64,000 nt of DNA, taken from the NCBI GenBank assembly GCA_951406725.2, contig OX597823.1, forward strand, positions 60,698,001-60,762,000. Reading direction: 5' to 3'. Shown here in pieces: positions 52,265-63,915 of the stretch. The position numbers and the translations under genes were made by a program. The stretch comes from Octopus vulgaris. Its lineage: Eukaryota. Each line of letters begins with the position of its first letter. Within the stretch, counting starts at the first letter, position 1. The notes under the pieces were generated by a model, which was not told the DNA's origin, did not search any database, and was given only the letters and a program-made list of their open reading frames with translations.

Positions 52265-54368
52265 TAGTCTTTGGCAATACCATTGTTATGCTTTCATTAT
52301 TCTGTGTAACGTTCCTTTTTTTTATTATTTTAGTTTCTTCAGTTTTTGGGTGAACCACACTAATAACTTTTGAATGAAAATTGTCCCTCTAGACATTTTT
52401 TCCCCAGAAAATGAAGGGTAATGATCCATATTAGGCATATATATTGAGTATATATTTAACAGAAAATCATAATAATGTTATAACATTTTTTATTGACATA
52501 ATGAATTATGTAGACATATGAGCGTCATTTTGACGGATAACTTCAAAAACCCTATTAGTCATGGAATCTGCCAGTTGCTTAATAGAAGCAGGTTGGATTG
52601 CCTCTGCTGCAGCTTTCACGGTTGCCCATAAGACATCTCATCATCATCATCATTGTCGTTGTCATTTAACGTCCACTTTCCATGCTAGCATGGGTTAGAC
52701 GGTTTGACTGAGGGCTGGCGAGACATAAGGCTGCACCAGGCTCCAATCTGATCTGGCAAAGTTTCTACAACTGGATGCCTTTCCTAACGCCAACCATTCT
52801 GAGAGTGTAGTGGGTGCTTTTTACATGTCACCAGCACAAGAGCCAGTCAGGTGGTACTGGCATCGACCACACTGAAATGGTGCTTTTTACGTGCCTCTGG
52901 CACATGAGCCAGTCAAGCGGCACTGGCAACGATTATGATTGAATGGTGCTTTTTACGTGTCACCAGCATGGGAGCCAATCAGGTGGCTCTGGCAACGCTC
53001 ACACTCAAATGGTACTTTTAACGTGCCACTGGCACAGGTGCCAATCAGGTGGTACTGTCATCGGCTATGACAATGATTTCACTTGTCTCAACAGGTCTTC
53101 ACAAGTGCAGTTTATTGCCCAATGATTGAAGGGTACTCTTAAATGGGCTGGTTATGCTGTACTGGTATAGGCCATGGTTACAGTCACACTTGGCTTGCTG
53201 GGTCTTCTCAAGTACAGCATATCTCCAAAGGTCTCAGTTAATTGTCATTGCCTCGGTCAGGCTCAATGTTTGAAGGTCCTGCTTCACCACCTCATTCCAA
53301 GTCTTCCAGGGTCTACCTCTTCCACAGGTTCCCTCTACTGCTAGGGTGTGACATTTTTTCATACAGCTGTCCTCATCCATTTGCAACACATGACCGTACC
53401 AGTGCAATCGTTTCTCTTGCACCGAAAATTGGTGTCTGTCAGCATAGACATATTGTTTAATGATGGACCAAAGATTTTTGATAGGGTTGAGATCCGGAGA
53501 TGCTAGTGGCCACACCATCAACCTTTCTTATTGTATACCGTAAGACCCTAGAAATGTTTGAGTGGTCCTAGCAGAGTGGGAGGAAGCATTGTCAGGCATG
53601 AATACGAGATTCCTTAGAAGTGACAGTAGTATGTCATATAGCCAGGGATCCAAGACCTCCTTCAGGAGATTACAGTAGACCCTGACTGGGCCAACAAGTT
53701 TGTCCCCAATGATACCAGCCCACAACATGGTTCCTCCACCCTGTTGTTGACGTTGTAAATGTTGGGGATGCTTATCTCCAAAATAGACCCAACCATTTGC
53801 CCAACTGTCAGGTTCGTCAAGGGTCACCCTGGTTTCGTCAGTGAACAGAACACAGCTTAAGTCTAATATCATGCACATTTGGGCCCATTGAAGCCTCTAA
53901 CTCCTGTAAGGAAGGCAGTTTCAGGGGTTCTCATATTGAAGCCATGGTCCCAAGGATGCGATTTCTGGTGGTTTTTCTACATGAGGAAGTCTGGAGGTGG
54001 TGAAAATGGCTTTGCTTGTTTGTCCAGGCTGCCCACATAATTTGTGGCCAATATTCCTTAAATGCCTAGCTGTCACAGTCTTAGAGGCCCCACAATCGGA
54101 TCGTTTCTTCCTTGGTGCTCATGTGGCTAAATAATTCATTATGTCAATAAATGTTATAATTTCATAATGGTTTTCTGTTAAATATATTCTCAATGTATGC
54201 TTAATACGTATCATTATCCTTTATTTTGTGAAAAAAAAATGTCTACATGGGCTATTTTCATTCAAAAGCTATTAGCGTGATACACCCCAAAACTGAAGAA
54301 TCTGAAATAAAAAACAAAGGACATTACACAGAATAATGAAAGCATAACAATGGTGTTGCCATAGTGTG
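52265..54368 (-). mobile_element. Tc1-like transposon with about 240-bp terminal inverted repeats
   Basis: Inverted repeats about 52265-52509 and 54131-54368; VLFTDE, MLWAGI, FMPDNASSH and WPLASPDLNPIKNLW motifs, disrupted. Confidence 0.9.
52638..53425 (-). mobile_element. 5'-truncated RTE LINE inserted into the Tc1 transposase
   Basis: VQEKRLHWYGHVLQM..GRGRPWKTW; 3'-UTR with four ~62-bp tandem units (52810-53080) and a (GAT)n tail. Confidence 0.9.
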
Positions 54369-54459
54369 CAAACCAACTGGGAAATGTTTAATTGAAATTG
54401 ATTCACAGAAAACTGAGAAATCCTAAATTTCACTCCTAAGCTATTAACATCGTTCTGGG

Positions 54460-54736
54460 TGTGAGTATATGTGTGTGTGTGTGTGTGTGTGTGTCTATGT
54501 ATTTATGTGTGTGTCTCTTTGTGTCTGTGTTTATTCCTTTCCATCATTGCTTGACAACTGATGTTGATGTGTTTACATCCTGTAACCTAGCAGTTCAGCA
54601 AAAGACCAATAGAATAAGTACTAGGCTTACAAGGAATAAGTCCTGGGGTAGATTGCTGCAATTAAAACTCCTTTAAGGCAGTGCCCCCAGCATGGTCACA
54701 GTCAAAATGACTGAAAGAAGTAAAAGAATAAAAGAA
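54460..54736 (+). mobile_element. Family A SINE 3' half
   Basis: GCTTGACAACTGATG..GACTGAAAGAAGTAAAAGAATAAAAGA. Confidence 0.8.
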
Positions 54737-54764
54737 TTCCTGTAATGATGCTAATTATCTGTAC

Positions 54765-55190
54765 GAAAATATAATTGATATTTTCTGCTTCTGCGATACT
54801 TTTCCAGTGTCTTCTATTGCTCTGGTTTTCATATCCACCACTAAAAGTATTTGATTCTTCCTCCATAAAGTGTTATGTGATGAAATATGTAAAAAAAAAA
54901 GAAAAGAAAATATTTAGAAAATATGAAAAATTGTCTCTTGTAAAGAGTATCCCTGGGGATATCTCTCCTTCTCACTGCATAAGAAGACGCTTGTTTCAAA
55001 GCCATTGGGTAAAACCACTTCCCACAGTTAAAGATACTTAAATTTTGGGTAGATATATCTGCTTTCTGCATTGAAAGGGTTAACATAAGCAAGCTTGTGA
55101 CCACTGTGTAAATCAGAACTCTTTGTGAATGATATTTTGGATTGAGTTTCTTTTTTGCCTTCTTGTAAATATGAATCCACAGAATGTTAC
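54765..55190 (-). pseudogene. EVC2: EVC2-like juxtamembrane cytoplasmic exon remnants
   Basis: SQRVLIYTVVTSLLMLTLSMQKADISTQ versus human ACRTQISKDIIALLLKNLTSSGHLSPQ; VDMKTR versus CDLETR. Confidence 0.6.
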
Positions 55191-55815
55191 CATAAGGTCT
55201 GGCACCTATAGTCAACTACCAGATGAACTGAAGCATGTAAAAGAAGAGTATTCTTCTTAAAAACAGCAAAAACACCTGCATCAGGCTTGAACTCACAATG
55301 CTTGAGCAGGTGGGTGGTTATCCAATATCATATTCACTCAGCAGTTTTGCTTGTGTATTCAACCCACAATAGCATGGAAAGGTAGTCATGAAAAGGTTTA
55401 TGATAATCTGTATTGTAAATGAAATTGATATATCTTTTATTCTTTATCTTATAGCGGTGGGGGCAGTTATGGACACATCCCTTCCCTCGAAATATAACTT
55501 TAAAAAAATATTTCCATTATTATTCATACATTTTATAATAGAGCTAAAGGTTATCATCTACCAATGCTATCATAGCAAAGAAAGTGACAAAAGCCTTTGA
55601 CTTTTGATGTTTTCATATCTGAAAGTTGTCAGTATTAATATTACTTTGCTATTGTTAAAGCGAGGTCAACTAAAAGTTGTTCCTTCTAACTATGTCAAAA
55701 TCATTTCAAATAAAACACTTTTGCAAACAGAGCAAAATACTGCTGTTTTATTTAAGAGGCTGGGAGGTGGTGGAGGGATATATATATGTATGTATGATGT
55801 ATATGTGCGTGTGCA

Positions 55816-55850
<35 letters not shown>

Positions 55851-56686
55851 CTATATATATATATATATATATATACTCATATATATGTTGTATATCTGTA
55901 TATCTATGTGTGCGTACATATACATATATGTATGTATAAGTGCTCTCACACACACACACAAACATGCACACAAACACACACGCACAAACATGCACACAAA
56001 CACACACACATATGCATATACATGTGTGTCAAATGTTTAGCAGATTAGAAGGTCTCTGCTAAAATATAAATATATTTTAAAGTTATATATGTAGACACAT
56101 ACATACAAATATATCTATATCTATAAATATATATATATATATATATGCACACACACATACACACACATGTAAGTATGTGTCTCTATGTATGTCTTTATGA
56201 TGTATTTTAGCAGAGACTAATATGCTCAATATTTGGCATCGATAAGTTTCTTTTCAAATTTAAGTCTGATGTAAAATTATGGTCGATATGTGATTAAGTT
56301 TCAGACTTCTTTGATTGTATGTCATAGATTAACGTGAAGCCGTTTGATTCAGTTTAATGAGCTAAATAGTTAGTGAGAAATATATGAGCATTTCTGGTGT
56401 GGTTCTTTTACTCTTTTTTTGGAAGATATATTTTGTTTCCCCAGATTTCTACAGTCAAATAAATACTGTATCTTCCAGCATACAACTGACATTGTGTATA
56501 TTGTTAAATCGTAGTGTAAACATTTGAATGTTATCTTTCCAAATCCTGCTGCATTTTATATGGAGTTTTCAGTTTGCAAATGCCATCTTTGTGTATAAGT
56601 AAACCTACATTTTTGACTGCAAGTTTTAGTGTGAAAAATTCAACTTGCATGCAGCAAGCCAAAGTAATATTTTTGTGTGTATATTG

Positions 56687-56892
56687 ATTTCAAATTTTGG
56701 CACAAGGCCACCCATTTTGGTGGAGTGGGTGAGTCAATTACATTGACCCTCAGCATTCAAATGGTACCTTTTTTTATCAATTCCAAAGGGATGAAAGCAA
56801 AGTCGACTGTGGCAGAATTTAAACTCACAACGGAAAGATGGACAAATTGCAGTATTTTGTCTGACATGCTAATGATTCTGTCAGCTTGCCAT
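56687..56892 (-). mobile_element. Family B SINE
   Basis: TTTCAAATTTTGGCACAAGG..GGGATGAAAGCAAAGTCGAC. Confidence 0.8.
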
Positions 56893-57059
56893 CTTTTTTC
56901 ATTTTTTTGTGTGTATATTAAATTATAAAGTTTTATATCTGTAGGTAAGCAGTTTCAGAAATAAAAGAAAGGTGTCTCTCTTCGGTGTAGGAGGTTAATG
57001 GATTTATATTTGCACAATTCAAGAAAAGAACTAGGTTAGAGTAAAGGGTAAAGGGTGAA

Positions 57060-57358
57060 GACCCCTTTTGGTCATGAATGACCATGGGATTGTTCCTAGG
57101 AAATTCCCCTCCGAGGCACAAGTCCTGGCAAGGTTGTTTATGGAAGAACAGCCTCCCCTCTCCATGTCACCAATGTTATCTAAGGGCAAGGCAATGGCCA
57201 ATACAGCTTGGCACCAGTGATGTTGCAACTCATTTCTACAGCAGAGTGAACTGGAGCAACATGAAATAAAGTGTTTTGCTCAAGAACACAACACATAGCT
57301 TGGTCCGGGATTTGAACATATTGCCTCTTGATTGAGACCTCTAACTACTGAGCCATGT
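57060..57358 (-). mobile_element. tRNA-derived SINE (family C-related)
   Basis: GCTCAAGAACACAAC..GGATTTGAAC..CTAACTACTGAGCCATGTG. Confidence 0.75.
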
Positions 57359-57729
57359 GTTAGAATAATACAACCAAAATATAACTGTTGCGTTGTTTTC
57401 AGATTAGAAAAGTTACAGAGCAAAGTATCATTTGAGAATACATGTGAAAGGTATTTCTTCCTTTTCTTTGTTTTTCTTTTTGTTAGTCTGCTCATGCCAT
57501 TGGAACAGTTAGGTAAATATATACAGCTAGCAGATAGAGACATTGACACATGTAATGAGTCACTCGGTGCTTCTAAAATGACTGAAAATTATTTTCCATT
57601 GTAGTTTAGAAACCAAATTAGATAAGATATTTTCCAAGAACATTTTAATTGTCTTTTATTTTAATTACTTTTTTTCAGTAATCAAACAAATTCATTTACT
57701 TTATTCCTGCTATGGTTAATCTTTTTTTC

Positions 57730-57980
57730 ATTTCTTCAACTTGTTTCAGTTATTTGGCTGTGGCCATGCTGGGGCACCACCTTTGAAGAGTTTAGTTGAA
57801 CAAATTGAACAAATCCAGTGCTTATATTTTTAAGCCTGGTACTTATTCCCTCAGCCTCTTGCTGAACCACTAAGTTGCAGGGATATGGGGACATAAACAA
57901 ACTGTGAGTCATACGGTGAGGGAGAGGTAACACAAAGACATACACACACATGCAGACACACAGAGATACACACACACATA
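57730..57980 (-). mobile_element. Family A SINE 3' half
   Basis: CTTGTTTCAG..GGCCATGCTGGGGCACC. Confidence 0.75.
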
Positions 57981-58528
57981 TATATATGTATGTATATATA
58001 TATATATCTGTCTATCTATCTATCTATCTATCATCATCATCACTATTTAACATCTGCTTTTCATGCTGGCATGTGTTGGATAGGAGCTGGCTTGGCAGGA
58101 TACTGCACTGAGTTTCAGTGTTTGTTTTAGCATGGTTTTTATATCTGACACAGACACTGAAGCTTGGTACATCCTTCTGCCCAGCCAGCTTCTGTTGAAC
58201 TGTCCAACCCATGCCAGCATGGAAAGCAGATAGGAGGGGCATTAATATATATGACAAGTTTCTTTGAGTTTCTGTTCACAAAATCCAGTGACAAGGCTTT
58301 AGTCAGGTTGGAGGCTCTACCAGAAGATACTTCCCCAAGGTTTCTCACAGTACCCCTGGAACCAAGGCCACAATGTCAGGAAGCAACCTATGATTAACGT
58401 TAAAGAAAATTTTTTAAACCAAATGCTTTAAAAATATCTCTGATTTAACATCATACTTTAACCAGTTAGATAAAGCAAACCCATTACTGGTGAGAAATCT
58501 AAGTAATATTTAAAATATGCGATTGTTT

Positions 58529-58574
<46 letters not shown>

Positions 58575-58599
58575 TGTGGATCCTCAGTTTAGTCTAACT

Positions 58600-58888
58600 C
58601 AGCCATTCCCAACATTTTTTTGTAACATGGACTGGTCTCATGCAAGACAATTTCTCTACAGACTGGGATCACTCACATAAAGTGCATAATATATAATTTC
58701 ATTATTACATATATAATTGTACGTATATATTACATAGATAATGCATATATAATGCAAAAATTCTTTGCAGACTGCAAAAGTCAATAAAATAGAAGAAGAA
58801 TTTTAAAATGTATTTTTTCTGTTTGATCTGGTACCAAATGGTCCTCAGCCTGGTACTGGTCCATAGCCTGGTGTTTATAGACCCTTGG
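58600..58888. mobile_element. hAT-like MITE
   Basis: CAGCCATTCCCAAC ... TTATAGACCCTTG resembles CAG.GGTCCCCAAC..GTTGGGGACCCCTG hAT ends. Confidence 0.5.
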
Positions 58889-58899
58889 TCTAAATGGCA

Positions 58900-59230
58900 A
58901 ATACACAGTCCTTCTTAACTTAATAGGCAAATTAATCATAAAATTAAAATAATCTACAAACATAAAAATTATTGTAAATGTTTCCATGAACCATAAGGGC
59001 TCAAAATTCTTGTTTCTGGATTCTGTAGCTTACTGCACTTGAGAGATAAATTCAATCCCAGCTAGCATACCAGGTAACATTCTCAGAAGGTCACATTCCT
59101 ATCCTCTGTAGCTTAGTGAACTATGACATGTATATTTATGTATTCTGCTGAGAGGCATAGCGAAATGCAAACAGTGACCACATGCTGGTAGTTTAATACA
59201 TTATCCACTGAACCATTTCAAAATGATGCA
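58900..59230 (-). pseudogene. EVC2: EVC2-like extracellular-domain exon remnant
   Basis: INIHVIVH..E..L...GLNL / ETFTIIF / INLPIKL versus human ARIWLLVN..ELLL...GLTI / DAFAVSY / LKLPAQL. Confidence 0.45.
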
Positions 59231-59443
59231 AACTTATCAATTATTTAATTATACTATTATCAGTTTCTTCAGAACAGAAATTGGATCATCAGTAAACTAT
59301 CTCCATATACATTGAGGAGTCAATCAGGGATCTTCTATGTGGTTATTCGATCTGCTAGAAGTAGCACAGTGGGACCTCCCTCAAATTGCATTATCTTTTA
59401 AAAAGGACATATTAGATAATGTGTGGTCCTAGGTATATACTCT

Positions 59444-59678
59444 GGTAAAGCGGCAAGCTGGCAGAAATGTAAGCAAGCCGGGTGAAATGCGTAGCCGTAT
59501 TTCGTCTGCCATTACGTTCTGAGTTCAAATTCCGCCGAGGTCAACTTTGCCTTTCATCCTTTCGGGGTCGATAAATTAAGTACCAGTTACGCACTGGGGT
59601 CGATATAATCAACTTAAATCCATTTGTCTGTCCTTGTTTGTCCTCTCTGTGTTTAGCCCCTTGTGGGTAGTAAAGAAA
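59444..59678 (+). mobile_element. Well-preserved family B (Nin/Deu) SINE with 14-bp TSD, inserted in a family D repeat
   Basis: GCCTTTCATCCTTTCGGGGTCGATAAATTAAGTACCAG; TAGGTATATACTCT at 59430 and 59679. Confidence 0.9.
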
Positions 59679-59945
59679 TAGGTATATACTCTTGCTGGCG
59701 GGGGTGAGGTGGGGGTATGAGAGTACCTAAATCAGCTTTGACCATTGGTCTGCTCAGCCAGATCATCAGTTAATCTGGAGCTAAACAACAAAAACAACAA
59801 CATTTTTAATCCAAACCCCAACACATATATTTTTGTATTCAATATGGTATGCTAAGTAGATCCCTAACATTATTGTTGTTATATGAGGAGGTTTCTGAAG
59901 TCTCACTTGGCAATTGGAGTACAAATATCATTATAGTACAAATCT

Positions 59946-60180
59946 GGTAAGTTTGCAATCATCAATTCACTGCCAAGAAAGTTAACTGTAAAATTCTTGG
60001 TTGCATGTTTTGATCTCCATTAATTTCATTTTTTTTTTTTCAATAAAATAGTCTTTAATTAGTAATGGTGAGATACTATAGATATATTTTCTCGGTAAAC
60101 TTTCCTTGCGGTGAACTTACTTCACAGTGAATTGATAGGGGCGAACTGTCCTGCAATGAATTGATTATGACAAACTTACC
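59946..60180. mobile_element. Foldback-type MITE with 28-bp inverted ends and ~15-bp subterminal repeats
   Basis: GGTAAGTTTGCAATCATCAATTCACTGC versus GCAATGAATTGATTATGACAAACTTACC. Confidence 0.6.
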
Positions 60181-60924
60181 TGTAATCATTATAGAATGTG
60201 TCTAGTGCAAAAAATCACCCAATGAGAATAAAATTCCCATCAAGGTATATACTGAGCAGAACATTTGAACTTAGTACTAGAAGACGACAAAACACTCAAC
60301 AGTTATGCAGTGCTACTGCCGTTGGCAACAATGATTTATATGTGCTTCACTTTGAGCATAAACCAAATTGCGCAGCTAAATCCAACTTCTGCAGTGCACT
60401 ACTCCTGTTCATATCGATATACACATTTGATAAATATTTTTTCTTTGTTTTTGTAAAACTTTGGTTACATTTATATTTGATTTTTCTTCTCCATGTAAAG
60501 TTGCTTTCTGTTGAAATGAAATTGATTAAAATGAATCCATTATAGGAGTTACAGAAGAAAGAAAAAAAAAAGTTTCTTTTAATGGGGATTGATTGTCTCC
60601 CAGGATGTAAAAGGCTTTTATTTTTTTTTTGCCTTTTATTTGTAAAGATTTATCGCAAAAGATGCAAACTTCTCTTTACCAATGTTTACAAGAAACTTTC
60701 ATTTGTTTTTTGTCTTTCTCTCACCAGCTTCTGCCGTGTTGTACTGCTAATTATGACCAAGTGTTAAATCGTCTTGTTTCCATTGGCTTATTGTCAAATT
60801 TGACTTATATATGTGTGTATATTTTCAGTGTATGAATGAATACACACACATACACACATGACGTATGCATGCACATACATGCGCATGCATGCACACACAC
60901 AATGTATATATATATAGATATATG

Positions 60925-61352
60925 TATACTTGTTTCAGCCATTAGACTGCTGCCATGCTGGGGCAACGCTTTGAAGAATTTTTAGTCTAATGTATCGACC
61001 CTAGTACTGTTTATAAACCTGCTACTTCTATTTGTTTTATTTGATGAACTGCTAAGTTACGGGGATAGTTATCAACAATGGTGGGGGAGACAAACACTGA
61101 CACAAAGACACACACACAGAGATATACATACATACACACACACGCACACACACACACACGCACACACACACACACACAGACAACATACACATATACGATG
61201 GGCTTCTTTCAGTTTCCATGTACCAAATCCACTCAAGGCTTTGGTCAGCCTGTGGCTATGGTAGAAGACACTTACCTAAGATGCCATGCAGTGGGACTGA
61301 ACCCAGAACCATGTCATTTGAAGCAAGCTTTTTACCACACAACCATACCTGT
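60925..61352 (-). mobile_element. Family A SINE
   Basis: Full-length reverse-complement copy. Confidence 0.85.
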
Positions 61353-62299
61353 CCCTATGTATATGAACAAAGCTGAACACACGTATAGGTAATGTGTGTT
61401 GTTAGTTTGTGGGTTGGCTGCAGTTTTTAGGTGTAAGAGAATATATTCTTTATGCACCTGGTGTAAAATACTCATGAAAGTATATGAAAGCATATTTGTA
61501 TGTTTGTATGTATGTGTGTGTGTATGCACACACACACACACACACACAATTGCTTTTACATTTCTTTAATGCCTATTGGTCCATGCTAGGCATGGGTTTG
61601 GATGGAGAGTCATTTGATGCAGCACTTTATGGCCAGATGCCCTTCATATCACTAATCCTTGCCTGTTTCTCAAGTAAGGGTTATTTTTTATATTCCATTA
61701 GTCTTCAAAATCAAAGCAGCTTCATTCAGATAGTTATATTTGTGTGTGTGGATATACATGATTGTTGTTGTTATTACTTAACTCCTGATGAACCCTGATC
61801 AAACAAATGTTTGACGAAAACCCTTCAAACCATTTTGTCCTGATTGGTAGACGTGCCTAAATCAATATTTGTGAGTGTCTTTGTATATGGCACTCACTGT
61901 TTTGATGTGAACATGTGGCCCTGTTTAACAGAAATATGATGACGATAGGTATTCCAGTCATGATCATCTTGTTGAGAGTTATCCTAGAGGTTGATAGCAA
62001 GGTAGAGATATATAGATAGGTAAATAGATACATAGTTAGATAAATAGGCAGGTTGATGTGAAGATAAATATATAAATGGATTGATAAATAGATAGATAGA
62101 CACTTGATAGATATTCCATTGCAAGAGGGATCAGATTTTTCTCCTTTTTACGCAACAGCTTTGGTGGTAAATTTTGAAAATTTGAGTCTTTAAAAAAAGT
62201 ACTAAGTAAATAAAAGCTAAAGATATTAAAGGTTATCGTGATATTTTGCCCTTCGTGGTTATATGTTAGATTCAAATCTCATAAAGGATTCGTGAAAGA

Positions 62300-62431
62300 A
62301 TGTTAAGTACAAGACTAAGCGTGATAAACTCAGATTTGCTCACTGTAAATTACACAACATTTTTGGTGATGTCTGTGGTTGAAGAGGCAACTGCTACAAC
62401 ACTGGCAAAGGCGGCTCCTGAAATAATTTAA
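62300..62431 (+). pseudogene. Possible EVC first-exon remnant (signal-anchor-like)
   Basis: MLSTRLSVINSDLLTVNYTTFLVMSVVEEATATTLAKAAPEII* loosely resembles human EVC [30 protein letters not shown]; divergent from the EVC2-like gene. Confidence 0.3.
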
Positions 62432-63127
62432 GAATGCCACATTGAAAAAAATATTATGAGCTTAAGTTATAACATCACAAGTTCAAATTCTGGGAAAAAA
62501 AAAAAGTGCTCATTACCTTTTTAAGGAAGGAATTGAAAAGAAAGTATTTTGGGCTTTCCTGAAGGCATCACCTTTATGAGACGATTTTGAACTGTGTGAA
62601 CGTTGAAAGTCAGTCATTTGGTATTTTTTCAGAGCCTTAAAAATTAGTCATTTAAAATTTTTCAATGAAAGCAAACAAAACCACACTAATTGCTGCCTGT
62701 CAAGAATAGTGTATGTTACAGTGGTAATTAGATAGTTTGTAGTGTGAAGATTATTTCCACCTATTTATTATTCTATTCTTATAGACCCTTAGCCAGTATA
62801 CCAATTCAGGATAATGTTTCTTGGTTACAGTTACATGAAGTTCATATTCATAAAAAATCATTTTTTACAATTAAATTTTATGACAATTATATATATATAT
62901 ATACATACATACACATACAAAGTATGGAGGTTTAGTTCACAGGTGATCTAAACAATTAGGTACACTAGGTAAGTGCTGTAATGGATTACTGGGGCTCCAA
63001 GACAGTAGTTATGGAGCCATTGCAAATTTCTGAAGCAGCAGATATAAAATAGTTAAACAGGACATCAAACATTAAGGCAAGGCAAATATCTCGAGTCATG
63101 TACAATATTATAGGAACAAATTCAAAA

Positions 63128-63164
63128 TCTTACAGCTGTTTCTGGGATATTCTGTCATCAGAGA
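63128..63164 (-). ncRNA. Minimal hammerhead-like motif (stem II decayed)
   Basis: Minus strand TCT-CTGATGA-CAGAATATCCCA-GAAACAGCTGTA-AGA. Confidence 0.5.
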
Positions 63165-63217
63165 CAAATAGAGGGAAAAGAATATGGTATATATCAATAA
63201 GATGTTGTCATCTTATT

Positions 63218-63252
<35 letters not shown>

Positions 63253-63574
63253 AACCTGGCATGGAAAAATAGACATATACTTGAGCAAATACACAGACAT
63301 GCATGCTAACAACTAATAGTTATTCTCATGGCATAGTGCTGATACCCCCTTACTGAACCTACTCCATCCTAACCCCTCTCTTCCTCTCTTTTTCTTACTA
63401 ACCCCCAACACACATGCTACTCTTTCTCTTGTGTTTTCCTCTAACACGTCTCTGTTATTCTCTCCCACTCACCTCAGTAAGTCCATCCCTTCAGTCATAT
63501 TGAATCTGTCTCTCAGCACCTCAAGTGTGAGTTACAAGTGGACATAACTTTTTATTAACTGATATAGGCTCTTC

Positions 63575-63915
63575 TGAACAAAGGTAATACTCAACATGGT
63601 CACCATCATGAGCAATGCACTTGCACCATTGTTAAGCTCAACTTTTGAGTCATCTTTGAAAAATTTCAGGTGTGTACTGTTGTACCCACTTCTTCAAAGC
63701 CACTCTTAGCTGTCTGTGTTGTTGAATCGTTGTCCCCAAAGACAGTCCTTCATTGGACTGAACAAATGGAAGTTAGAAGATAACAGATCCAGGTTGTATT
63801 GTGGATAAGGAGTCATTGATTGGCTCAATTTGCTGATTGCTGATTTGTTGCCAAAAATGTGTGGTTGCACATGATTATTGTCAATGTGGATTGTTTTCAG
63901 ATTTGTGTTTGATCT
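63575..63915 (-). mobile_element. mariner transposase fragment
   Basis: HIDNNHVQPH..PYPQYNLDLLSSNFHLFSPMKDCLWGQRF resembles HDNARPH..HPPYSPDLAPSDFHLF..L.G.RF. Confidence 0.8.

Larger units (their letters stand above)
46778..59230 (-). pseudogene. EVC2: Decayed intron-containing EVC2 (limbin)-like gene
   Basis: At least 10 colinear minus-strand segments, many with AG/GT splice sites, match human EVC2 motifs (recalled from memory) in N-to-C order; numerous in-frame stops and frameshifts. Confidence 0.7.

Noticed and set aside
52810-53080. Regularly spaced repeats resembling a CRISPR array
   Set aside because: Whole-unit tandem repeats in an RTE 3'-UTR with no unique spacers, in a eukaryotic context.
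60728-60835. Strong-looking acceptor (ctctcaccag) followed by LLPCCTANYDQVLNRL
   Set aside because: No convincing donor or recognisable homology; cannot be supported without RNA data.
61785-61825. CTGATGA...GAAA hammerhead-like string
   Set aside because: No stem I or III pairing; better explained as a diverged reverse copy of repeat family D.
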